From Diplonema japonicum (taxonomy: Eukaryota > Protista > Euglenozoa: Diplonemea), in the NCBI GenBank assembly GCA_964019335.1, contig OZ025656.1:620001-684000 (forward strand): a DNA stretch of 64,000 nt. Direction: 5' to 3'. The translations under genes were made by a program, and so were the position numbers. The notes under the pieces were generated by a model, which did not search any database, was not told the origin of the DNA, and saw only the letters and a program-made list of their open reading frames with translations. Numbering within the stretch: the first letter of the stretch is position 1; each line of letters begins with the position of its first letter. Below, piece after piece: positions 12,115 through 23,663 of the stretch.

Positions 12115-12248
12115 GCAATATCAAATTCAGTTACATTTTTTTATTGTTTTTCTTGCAAGCAAAAAAAAAAAAAAATCCGCCCGAAGTACTCGTCAATACC
12201 TTGTAATGAGCCGACTTTTTTTTCTCTCTTTTTTTTTTTTTCCTTGAG

Positions 12249-12356
12249 GAACGAGTCTTTGACTTGTCTAGACAAGAGGAACGTTGGAACGTGTTACGGG
12301 TTTATAAACTTCTCCAGGTTTTTCTCTACCCGCCACGTACAAACAACCAGTTCCTC
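12249..12356 (+). repeat. Short solo derivative of the 10676-11309 element
   Basis: ACGAGTCTTTGACTTGTCTA..GAACGTTGG..AAACTTCTCCAGGTTTT..CACGTACAAACAACCAGTTCC, i.e. the 5' leader joined directly to the 3' tail. Confidence 0.8.
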
Positions 12357-12574
12357 TTTTTATGTGTTATATTTTTCTCAAACAGGCCCCTATACGGTGC
12401 CGAGGTAAGCTGCGCTGACACGGCTCTGGATTATGAGCAGAAAGATTGGCAGAAGGTTCTCGAGCTGCATGCCGAGGCGAAGAGATAAAAGGGAAGGAGG
12501 CCCCCCCCCTTTTTTTTTTCCTGGTGTTGGTGAGCTCTCTCCTTTTTTTTTATTTTTTTCTCTCTTTTTTTTTT

Positions 12575-13215
12575 TTTATTTCACTCTTCAGAAATTACTT
12601 CACGCACTGGGGGGCCCATTACTTCACGCTAAATACTTCACGGTGAAATAATGGCCTGTTTTCCGTGAAGTAATAGGGGGTTTCCGTTAAATAATATGCC
12701 TCGGTAGGCCAATTTTTGCCTCGGTTCGGTTCCCAGTGGGGCTACTTTTTCCTCTCAGTTTGCTAATTTCCCCCCAGGTTCTCAATTGGCCAACTTTTGC
12801 CTCGGCTCAGTTCCAAGTTGGACTACTTTTTCCTCCCAATTTGCCCACTTTTGGCTAGGCCTTGTTCCCAGTTTCTGTGGGTAACTCTTCTGTGGGTAAG
12901 GGTAACTTAGTCAGCTTACCCAAGCTCCCCAAAAGACTTCAAAATACCGAAGCAGCAGAAAAAAAGGAGCCAGCGGCCGCGCTAGGTATGGGAAGGCCTG
13001 ATTAGAGATGGTGACAGCGGCAGCTCTTAGTCAACAAAAGGAGGAAAAACAACTTGTATTGTAACCTTTGTAACCCCTCTCTTGTTGTACCCCTTGTCAC
13101 CCTGTTGTGCCCCTCGTGGTGAAGTAATTTCAGAGTGTCGTGAAATAAAACCACTTACCTACCGCCAAGTAATGCTTTACCGACCTCGAGGTAACGGTAA
13201 AGTCATTACTTGTTG
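12575..13215 (-). mobile_element. Hairpin element family A, copy 3 (inverted; small deletions; outer terminus lost)
   Basis: Reverse complement of copy 1. Hairpin reduced to GCTTTACCGACCTCGAGGTAACGGTAAAGTC. Homology stops at TTACTTGTTG, about 13215. Confidence 0.85.
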
Positions 13216-13519
13216 AGAAGATCTAGAGAAAAAGGAAATGTCCTCCGTTCTCATTGGCGGCCACCCCCCCCCCCCCCCCCCCCGGTGAGCTTCATGCATG
13301 GATCCCTGGCCTAAAAGTCGATTTCAATTCCATTCCAGCCCTTAGAAGTCCGAAGCGAAATTATTTTTTTTCTTCCAAACAGCTACATCTAATTCTCTTG
13401 AGATTTTGGCCCTAATAAATATAAAATCAAAGCTTTACTTTAATTATTATTTTTTTTATTTTTCTTTTTTTTTGTTTTGAGAATTTAGCATAGCACGACG
13501 AAACTTTAAAAAAAAAAGA

Positions 13520-13790
13520 TGAAAAATCAGCCAGAATCAGATTTCTCTTGACTCGTTTTTTTTTCTTTTTTTTTTTCTTTTTTTTTTTTTTGATAGGCCA
13601 CCAGGACTTCCTCACGGAAAATGTCACATCCAAAAATGTGCAGAGAAAGGGGGTGCACTGCCTTCCCTGCCAATGCTAAGTCGAGGGTTGCACACCTTGT
13701 GACATGGGGGGGGTCCGACGGCACATGAGCACGCTCACGAGCGAAGCGACGCAACAAGTGAAATACGGCTGATTTTTCACAAATAAATGG
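13520..13790 (-). mobile_element. Degenerate hairpin-element end (family D), interrupted
   Basis: 13-bp inverted repeat TGAAAAATCAGCC / GGCTGATTTTTCA, inner CAAGTGAAAT / ATTTCTCTTG, tip-like CGAGCGAAGCG, terminus CAAATAAATGG. Confidence 0.45.
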
Positions 13791-13990
13791 TTTTTTTTTT
13801 TTTTTTTTCCCCTTTTTCCCCTAAACAGCGAGTTTTATTTTTTTACTCCTCTAGATTTTTACTTTTATGCAGCACGGATCCCTTTTCACAGGCACTGACA
13901 CTGATGTGCCTCCTCAGCATAGGGAAGTGTGCTGGATGAAAGTTAAAAATGTTTTTTTTTCTTTTTTTTTTATCGCAAACAACTGCTACC

Positions 13991-14172
13991 TACCGCGTAT
14001 TTGGACTTAATATGGAAACAGAAAAGAAAAACAAAAAAAGAACTCCATTTTTATCTTTTCAAAAAAATGAGTTTATACGCGCGAGCAAAATTTTAAAAAC
14101 CTTTTTTGCTCGCGCGAACTACAATTTTTTTTCTTTTTTCCCCCCCCCATATTAAGTCCAAACATATGGGTA
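13991..14172. mobile_element. Small MITE, Tc1/mariner/pogo-like
   Basis: Perfect 16-bp IR TTTGGACTTAATATGG (14000-14015) / CCATATTAAGTCCAAA (14147-14162), outer TACC...GGTA ends, and an internal IR CGCGCGAGCAAAA / TTTTGCTCGCGCG. Confidence 0.65.
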
Positions 14173-16586
14173 GTTTCCATATCTTAAATTAAGAAGTTTT
14201 TTAAAAAGCGACCCTCAGCAAAAAAAAAAAAAAAAAAAAAAAAGAAAAAAAATTCTGACATCTTTCATGACCTTAAGGAAAATCCGCCCAAAGGGGTCCA
14301 CCCTCTGGGAGAGAAAGACTTCTTTTAAAAAGATTTTAAGCTTTGTTAAATTCTGAAGGGTTTTCTTTAATCTTCGATATTGACAGGCAGGCAGTGAGGA
14401 TTAAGGGGATCATGAAACAGCGCAAAAAAAAAAAAAAAAAAAAAAAAAAGGGAACAAAATTTATCGGAGGGCCATTTACTGGCACCCCCCCTTTTTGTTT
14501 TGTTTTGTTTAAGTTTTTTATATTTAAGGTTTCTTATAAGAGCAGCAAAAAGAAGAAAAAAAAAAAAAGAAAAAAGTGATAGCAGCATGCAGTATTTATC
14601 CCAAAGTTTATGCTGTGTGCAAACAAGTGCTAAAAACTGACTTTTTTTTTTTTGTTAAGTGGGGATAACATGGGCGCAAGATGGCCTCCTTTAATTCTGA
14701 CGTATTCTTTTATATTTCTCTTTTTTTCTTTTCCTCGCGAGATATTTTTCTTCCTTTCATTTCTTTTTTTTTTTTTCCCCTCCCATATTTTTTACTCCAA
14801 CTTACTCGTTCTACTCCCTTTTTTTTTATGGGAGGCAAAGTTTAAAAAGAAAATGAAAAAAGAATATAGAAAACGAATAAACTCCTGTTCGCAAACTAAA
14901 CATTTTTTTTTTTTTTATAAAAGGCAGCACACAAAATAACAAAAACTGGTAGGAAAGTAAAAAAAGGGGGGGGAAAGGCCCAGGTTTAGTTTGAGCTAAA
15001 GGTGCCTGTTAGAAAGAGCAGTAGATCCTGCAGAAGCTAAACAAGAGAAAATCTTGATTTTTTTTTTTTTGAATATCATGAAACTGTGTTCTTTGTATTT
15101 CGTCAAAGGAAAAAAAAAAAAGTATTCCTCTTCTTTATCTTTTTCTGAAGGTTATGCACCTTCCAGCGTTGAAAAAAAGATTTTTTTTTTGTATAAGCTA
15201 TATTATCAAGTACTAAAAAGAACTTTTTTTGTTTTAGAGCGCAATTCGTTGTTATGAGATTAACCGAAGTTGCCGCGTAAAGCACAAAAAAGGAAGTCCT
15301 GACTGGAGCGGCTGAACACGTTGCCAAAGGGAAAGCCTCTCCTCACACCCCACAGTACACAAATAAAAAAAAAAAAAAAAAAAACCTATAAACTGCATTG
15401 CTACAACATTAACAAAAAAAAAAAAGAAAACAAAAAAAAAAAAAAAAAAAAAAAACCACCCGTACCTACGGATTATGTAGTTCCAATGTAATATTTTCAA
15501 CAATATACCCCTAACCCATTGTGAAGTGAAATGGGAAGGGGGGGAAGGAAGGAAGGTGGAGCGCCAGTTAGTTATAGATTGCTGCTCGTGTGCGCAGGAA
15601 GATTGAAATTGTGAGGCTAGAGTTTTTTTTCTTTTCTTTTTTTTGTCTTTTTTTTTTCCGATGCAAAGGAAAAAGAAATAAAAAAAAAAAGAAGAGCTAC
15701 CGAAAGGAGTGCTCTCACTTTGTTGAAAGCGTTTTTTTTTTTTTTTTTTTTTTTTTCTTCCAGAGCTTAAAACAAAGTAACCAACAATATACAACAACAA
15801 AGTAATAAAACACAAAAAAGAAGAAAAAAAAAAAAAAAACGTTTCAAAAAAAAAGAAGAAGAATAAAATAAAGAGAGGGGGGAAAGGTGCCCGAGAGGCC
15901 ATACTTGCCATACTTTCAGTCAGAGTGAAATAAACGTTTTCCTTCTTCAAAGCGTTTTTGTTTTTTCACAATTTGGCACACATTTGACGCAAAACTCTTT
16001 TGAAGTATATGATGTTGTTTAAATATTTGCTTTTTCTTTCTTTTTTTTTTCCCCTCTCTTTCCTCTTGCCCATGCTTTTTTTTTTTTTTCCACTCCATTA
16101 TTATGCCTCCACTCCACAAAAAGAACACTGTGTCCAATATTTTACTTTTTAGACCGAAGCCGCTGAAGGGAGATAGGGGCAGGTAGAAGAACAAGACAGG
16201 ACGTCCCAGATCAGGGATTTCCTTTTACCTCTTTAAATTTTTTTTTTTTTTGTATTCAACAAGTACCGCTTTAGTTTCTTGTAAGAACAAAAAAAAGGTT
16301 GTGGTAGTTATTCAAAGCCAAGTACCGTCCGACACGGAATGCTGCGCACCGGACTCTTTTTTTTGAAGGGGGTAAAACTTTTTTTTTATGTAGAGTGTAG
16401 AAAGATTTTGTTTCCATCTCATTTTTTTTTCTCTTTTCCTTATTTATCTTCTGATTACCATTCCTCCGCTTTCATTTTTTTTTTCTTTCCCTCCTAGGCA
16501 CAAAAAAACTGTGGGTAGCTGGGAGTGTCCAGGTTACAACAAAGGGAAAAAATGTGTAGCTGTAATCTCACCCCCCCCTCATTTGT

Positions 16587-16640
<54 letters not shown>

Positions 16641-17302
16641 CGTTCATCGCTAAAAAAGAGAGAAATGGAAAAAGAAAAAAGAAAAAAAAAATAATAATAA
16701 TAATTGTTCAGTCTTTTTTTTTTTTAAAGCCCCCAACCCCAAATTGTGCAGAATTTTATCCACCCCCCCCCCACCCCCCTCTCCACAGCTTTCTTTTCTT
16801 TTTTGGGTTTGTTATCCTGCCAAAAGGAAAAGAAAGGTATTGTTAGCCCATTTGCACGATTATTACCCCTCCCCCCCTTTTTTTTTAAAAAGGTAAACAT
16901 AGAAATTAACTTTTTTATATTTTTTTTGTTAAATGGTGGGGATAATAACATGGAAATTATAAGAAGTATATCAGATGGTCGTCAGGCAACATCTAGGTGA
17001 AGACCGTAACGCAGATGCTCAGGGTGACGAACAGGCAGCAAACTGCACGAGCGCCGAATCTTGGTATTATTAAGGCCGCCAACACTGGCCCCCTTTTACT
17101 CTTATTTATGGGGAAGCGGACAAAGCGAGTTCTTTTCAGCAAGGTAAAAAATTTGTGCCTATGCTTTTCGTTGTAATTGTTTCACATGCAAGCTTTGGGG
17201 TTCGTAGTTGTAAGACACCCCCCTGGGTTTCATGTGGGTTTTTTAATTAATTTATTTTAACACTATCAAAAGAAGAAAAAGAAAACAAAACAAAAAAGAC
17301 TG

Positions 17303-17335
<33 letters not shown>

Positions 17336-18205
17336 GCAAATAGCTCTGATGAATTTAAAGAAAAAAAAAAAAAAAAAAAAAAAAAAAGCATGAAATTGCG
17401 AGGGATAAATAATAACTATTATAAGTGGCTTGGCGAGATTTTTATGGTGCATACCTAGACTACTCCATAAAGGCGGAATACCTATTCTTTATGGCCCCTT
17501 TTCGCCATTTTCCTCTATTAGGCCAAACCTTGAAACTCGTCTTTGAAGGAGAGAAGAGAAAAACAGAAGGAAAAAAAAAAAAAAAAAAAAGTAATTTCTA
17601 TTTTTTTCTTTTTTATTTCGCTACAGTACTTTTTTTTTATTATATTTATTTTATTTTAATTTTTTTCCTTTTTTGCGGAGATTTTTTTATTTTTAACAAG
17701 GTGATCGAATATATATTATATTTATAATTCTTTTTTTAAAATCTGTGGCATAGCGCACAGAGTCATGAGAAAAGAAGGAGAAAAAAAAAAAGAAAATGGG
17801 GGGAAAAAAAGAAGGGAAGTGTGTGAAACCCTGCACTTTTGTCAGGTGCAGGTGGAACATTTTTCTTTCTCTTTTTTTTGAGGGGTGGGGTGAACTCTTT
17901 TTTTTTTTTTTTTTTGCGAGATAAAAGAAAAAGAAACTCAAACCACCACCTTTTATAGTGGAACTATATACTTTTTGGCACAAAAAAGGCAAGGTTGGAC
18001 CAGGTGATGGAGTACTAACCTCACTGTTTGGACCTTATGTCTCTCTCTCCCCCCCCCCCCCCCCCATAGCCACACTCCCTTTTTCTTCTCAATCACAACA
18101 AACTGCCAGGCAGTTTGATTGCTACTTTTTTTGCGAAGGGCGAGTGAAGAAAAAAAAAAAGAAAGAAAAAACGAACTTGTGACTTCTCTTTCCATTTCTT
18201 CTTCT

Positions 18206-18253
<48 letters not shown>

Positions 18254-18704
18254 TGATGCAATTATTATTTCCTCTCCTTTTTCTCACCCCCTTTACTCAA
18301 GGGTGCCAAAACACTTTTTGCACTTTTTTTTTCTTTTCTTTTTTTTTTTCTTCTTGTAATCAAGTAGACAAGTGCCTTGCGGAGTCGTCACCAACACTGG
18401 CCTCTTTATATATATTTTTTGTTTTTGTTTTTTGTTGCTCTAATCTTGTTTCTTTGGTATTTGGTTGAGGTACGCGGGTGTGTATTTAAATATCACCACC
18501 TATATTTTTTTTTTCTCCTTCGCATATATTTTTGGAAATAATATATTTCCCCACCCCCTAGGTGCCGATTGGGGGTGAGTAATAATATAATAGCATTTTT
18601 TTTGAAAGAAAATAAAATCCTTTAATAAATGAGTAAAAATATACTTCCCACCCCCCTGCGGCTCTAAACTGCGACCTCGGTTAAAGAACAATAAGGCACC
18701 CCTG

Positions 18705-18751
<47 letters not shown>

Positions 18752-18844
18752 CCCCAGTAAGCCAGGTTTTTTACGTTTTGCAGTTGCGTAAATTTGTGTT
18801 TTAGTATATGAAGAACAGAGATGGTTTTTCCCTTTTTTTTTTAA

Positions 18845-20611
18845 CCCATAACACTCCAAGGCGCAAATATTTGTCGTTTTGAAAAATCGTTTTTTTCTCT
18901 AAGTACTTTTTCGTCCCCACGACCCCTGGATCTCCAAGAACGACTATAGTGAGGAGTTATTTTCAACTGCAATTCATGTTGCACTGCATCACTTTACCTT
19001 GTTATCCACCCACCAAGTGGGTCCCAAATCCGAGTGGATAGGCGAAAAAACGCAAAATAACGGGTGTGCAGACTGTGTCCAAAAAACGCAAAGGTAAAGC
19101 CAAAACAGCTACGGACGAGGTCCAACCTTCAGGGAGTTGGTACCCATAGAGACCATAAAATAGGCCGGTGGGGGGGAAAAAGCTGTCCCGTGGTACGCAG
19201 AAACCTGACGACGCAAAATGATTATTCCTTCGGTTTTTTTGATAAGAAGTTCACAGACGTCATCCAAGAAGAGACAAACAAGCATAAGGACGCTGAGATT
19301 GATAAGACCCAGGACTCCACCGCTTTCTCGGATTGAGGATTATAATGGGTTTGCGGCGTGCCCAGAACTAGCAAACGTATTGGTCCACAGGACCCATGAA
19401 AATCCCCCTTTTCAGTAACACGATGCCCAGGAGACGCTACCAGGAAATTAAAAGTAGCCTCCACTTCACTCACACAGAAGAGTCAAACGGTGATGTGTTG
19501 TGGAAGACACGAGGGTTTCTGGACAGAATTGGTAACAAGTGGGCAAAAACAGCAGTGCCAGGAAAATATTTAAGCATTGACGAGACACTCGTACCGTCAC
19601 GGGGCAATTGGGGGGGCTTGGGGTCTACTGTCCTCTCAAGCGTAAGAGATATGGCATAAAAATATACTGCCTAAACTGCGTGAGCACGGGTTATCTTTCG
19701 CGTTTTCACATCCACGCCACCAAAATCGAGGGGCACGCACTTGAAGATTTCAGTGTCGTGGAAAAGGTGGTGCTGGGGTTAACGGGGAATTTTCGGGGAA
19801 CGACAACACGGTAGTTTGCAATAACTACTTTTCGACTGTGGGTCTGGCCGAAGCCCTGTGAAAAAACTGTGAGGGGGCTTGCATTTCGTTGGAGTTGCGG
19901 ACTCTTCTGGTGGGCCCTAGAAGTGACAATAGTTAACTGCCTTGCACTTTAAATAAAATATGGTTAGGGTTCAGCCAAAGAGATACAAAACCCTGGCTGC
20001 TTTTAAAGAGCGCTTTCGAGAGAGCCTAAATGATGGGTCCAGCGTTGCAAAAACACCACTCCCGGCACCCAACTAGTGGAGCACACACACCCGACACCCC
20101 AGATTACACCAAATGTGACCACCAACCACTCAAAGGGGGCAACTCCAGGTTCTGCAGGTTGAAAGGATGACACAAAACGCACAATCTACAAATGCTACAC
20201 CTGTAACCAACACCTCTGTCCAAATAAGTGCTTTTTTCGTACCACTCTTCCATCACCCCAAAAAGGCTTCTTGACGATTTCGAGGCCGATATTCCACCCG
20301 CAAATAGGCACTTCTCTCGGTCTGAGACATCTGAGGGGTCCTGATGCTGCTTTTTTTGTCCCAAGATGCTCAATTTACACCCCCCCGTGCACAACCCATT
20401 TTGACATGGTCGTTTTTGAGCACCCTACGGCCATTCAACTCTTCATCCCCTTTGTATTTTTATTAATTTTTGAGCTTTTTTTTAAATTTTCCTGGTCCAA
20501 AAAACCCGTTTTACCTGCAAACGGGGGTTAAATGCTGCCATTTTCCCCGTCAAATTATGAAAAGGAGCAAAAAAGGGACCCCTATGTAGATAGGCCCCGG
20601 AGTGTTATGGG
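18845..20611 (+). mobile_element. piggyBac DNA transposon, decayed and internally deleted
   Basis: TTAA at 18841-18844 and 20612-20615. 13-bp TIR CCCATAACACTCC / GGAGTGTTATGGG. Transposase fragments inside. Confidence 0.92.
19190..20260 (+). pseudogene. piggyBac transposase pseudogene
   Basis: Frameshifted pieces FFDKKFTDVIQEETNK, MPRRRYQEIKSSLHF..D..WKTR..PGKYLSIDETLVPSRG, YCPLKRKRYGIKIYCL..TGYL and NYFSTVGLAEAL, plus a C-terminal Cys-rich remnant (CYTCNQHLC) near 20190-20230. Stops and frameshifts throughout. Confidence 0.9.
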
Positions 20612-20963
20612 TTAAAAAGAAAAAAAAAAGAAAAAAAAAAAAGAAAAAAGCATTAAGAGCGCCTGCAAGAACACACAATTGGTTCCCTTTCCCCCTTCCT
20701 CCTCCCCAGTTGTTTTAGATCCAACGGCAAATTATTCGTTGTAACCAACTTCAATTGGGATTGATTGCGCAATTGCTGTCTGTTTTTTTTTTTTCTTTTT
20801 TTTTTTTTCCGCGCCCTCCTCGTGTGAATTAAATGTGGAGTACGTAAAGGGTTGTAGTGATGCATAAAGATGTACAAGCAAACAAAGTGAATAAAGAAAA
20901 ACAAAAAAAAAGGGGGAGGGAAAGACTATAGAACGTTTTTGTTTTAATTTTTATTTTTTTTAT

Positions 20964-21590
20964 TTTTATTTAATTCTGAGCAGCTCTCTCAAAGAATTTA
21001 GGCCGGAAGATATAAATCAGGTTTCACTTTATTTCACGGGCGTGAAATAAAGTATCTGAATTTTTTTCCTCATGTTTTTAAGCCAAACGTTGCTGGGCGT
21101 GAAAATCAGGTACTTTATTTCACGCACAGTCATTTCTAGCAAAGTGGGAAGAAAACCGAAGGCGACCGGGAAGCGAGCCAAGGGCATCAGCTCGAACAAA
21201 AAACCAAAGCTGTGATGGAAGACACGCTTCCAACGGCAAGCAAAAAGCACGTAAAACGCTCGGATACAGCAAGCAAGGAGGTCTCTGGCCGCCTAGGGCT
21301 GGAACAAACACAGCAGCCTGCAACGCCCCCTTCGACACGCACAGAATCACGTTTGACATAAACGTCAACATTAATTCGCCGAATTGATCATACCAAACCC
21401 AGTACCGTAAAGACTCGCATTGCGCCGCTACAAGCAGGCAGCAGCGAAGCCACACTTAGCACCTAAATTCTTTTCGAGAGCAGCTCATCATTAAATAAAA
21501 TGCAGTATTGAATAAAATCAGAGCATGATTTCACTTGTGGGGACCCCACGCGTGAAATCAGGCTATCTGATTTTCATTTAATAAATAGCT
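20964..21590 (-). mobile_element. Hairpin element family C (same architecture as A and B, unrelated sequence)
   Basis: Terminus AATAAATAGCT (21580-21590). Hairpin AAAATCAGA..TGATTTCAC..GTGGGGACCCCAC..GTGAAATCA..TCTGATTTT. Second IR TAAATTCTTTTCGAGAGCAGCTCATCATTAAATAAAA (about 21465-21500) pairs with TTTTATTTAATTCTGAGCAGCTCTCTCAAAGAATTTA (20964-21000). GTGAAAT motifs repeat in the body. Confidence 0.75.
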
Positions 21591-21987
21591 CTTAACAAGT
21601 ACTCAGGTGCTTGAATGAGCAAAAAAAAAAAAAAAAAAAAAAAAGAAAACTAGAAGAAAAAAAAAAAAAAAAAAGAAACAATAACGAGTAGTGAGTATGC
21701 ACGCTTTTATTTTTGATTTTAAAAAAATCACTTTTCCCTGGTTCTTTTTCTTTTGATTTATTTCTAAATTCTAGTGATGGGAAAAAAAAAAAGAAATAAA
21801 TAAAATAAAAAAAAAAGAAAATAAGGAATAAAGAACCTTACTTTTTTGTTATCGTTAAAAAAGATTAATCAAAAAAAGAAGAAAAGAAAAAAAAAGAAAA
21901 ACAAGAGAATGTAAGAGAAACCTTGGCCTATTGCTTTTTTTTTTTTTTGTTTTTTTTGGTAGTAGTGCTAACCTCCTTATCAAAGGT

Positions 21988-22037
<50 letters not shown>

Positions 22038-22720
22038 TTATTATTATTATTATTCGACAGCGGGCCGCAATTCTTTTTAGGCCAATTTTTCTCTTCTTAA
22101 TTGGAGGGGGGTGGGGTAAGGGAAACGAGAAAAAAAAAGAGTATTGCAGCAATAGATTTTAAATTTGTTGCAGTTTTTTTTTTTTTTTTTTTTTTTAAAC
22201 AAGAATTATTCTTAAGAGCTTCCCTCCTTTTTTTTTTTTTTTTTTTTTTTTCCTCCATTCGTCTTACACAAGCAGTGGGGAATCCCACCCACCCCACCCC
22301 TTCTCTCCTCTTTGCTTCAGCTTGTGTTTCACAACGCTTGGCATTCGTTATCTCTTTTTTTTTTTCCTACTTTCTCAAAACTTACACTGGTTTCCCCTCT
22401 ACCATTCCCCATCTTCCTCTCCTTGGTATACCTCCCCCTCCCTAAGCATAGTGTGAACGTTACGCAAAATATTGGAGAGAAGTTCAAAAAGAACGGATCC
22501 AAACAACCCTCTATCGTCTCCTTTTGTCGCCAGAACCCAGCGAATCTCATGTGTGTTTTTTTTTTTTTTTTTTTTTCCACAGCACAGAAAATGAGAAATA
22601 ATCTGGGTACGGGTCTCCTTCCCCGCTGGCGGACGAAAGGCCTTCATCGAGGACGAAAATCATGATGACCCCTATTGTCCGGCCCGTGGAAGTACTTGTG
22701 TGTCCACCCCATCCCCTGAC

Positions 22721-22754
<34 letters not shown>

Positions 22755-23598
22755 TCACACTGGGAAGGGAGAGGCGCCTGTTATTGGGCAACGAACGTGG
22801 GAGGGGGAAAAAAAGAAAAGGAAGAAGAAGAAAAAAAAAAAAAAAAGAAGAACAAGACCTCAATCCTTATGCTTGACGCTCCTATCTAATGTTTTCTGTT
22901 CTCCTCTCTTTTTTCTTCGCGTGCCATGTGGCTTTTCCCTCTCTCATCTCTTTGCCGTCTTTGCTCAATGCTGAAACCAACACAAAGATAGAGGGGAGGG
23001 AATAAAAAAAAAGAAAGAAAAGAGAAAACAAAATATAAAAAAAAAGGGACAAAGAGTAACATATGGTAGAAGGGCGTGTAGGGGAGGGGTACTGATTTGC
23101 TTTTTTTTTTTTTTTTCATTGTTCTTCTTCTTTTTTTTTCTTTCCCCCAAAACTCCCTCTTTTTTTTTTTCTTCAGTTTTTTTTTCTATGTGAGAAAAAA
23201 AGAAAAGCGAAAATGTTAAAGGAAACAGAGTGGTGGCGAAAGAAGCGGAGCGCCAACAAGGCTCTGTTTTTTTTTTCTTTTTCTTTTAGCAAAAGAAGGA
23301 ACGGTAATGACAGCGACAGTTGATTCTCTTGGAATCTTATGATCACACCCCCCCCCCCTCGCTACGCGTAGAGCAGAGTTGCTTTACTTTCCTTTACTTT
23401 CTTTTCGCTCTTTCTATCTTTCCAACAAGCTGCCCACCCACCTCCATCTTTTTTTTTCTTCCATTCCCTCTTCCCTCCCTTTATTTTCTTCTTTTTCTTT
23501 CTTTCGTCCAAGATTTGCAAAAAAAAAAAAAGAAAAAAGAAAAGAAAATGATACAGGTAGGAGGGAGAGGTGGCAAAGGAATAAAGGGAAGCTACCCC

Positions 23599-23629
<31 letters not shown>

Positions 23630-23663
23630 ACACACACAAACATACTAAAAATAAAAATAAGAA

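Noticed and set aside
18751-20531. Second piggyBac-like end pair (ACCCCAGTAAGCCAGG / CCTGCAAACGGGGGTTAA)
   Set aside because: The two ends do not match as TIRs and the left one lacks TTAA. The 20531 end may be a nested relic but cannot be delimited.
22660-22722. Possible box C/D snoRNA (ATGATGA ... CTGA)
   Set aside because: Short, no terminal stem and no rRNA complementarity that I can identify; compatible with chance.
1-23600. Dozens of 60-230 aa ORFs rich in F, K, P and G
   Set aside because: They are translations of poly-T/A/C/G tracts, mostly with non-ATG starts and no domain signal.
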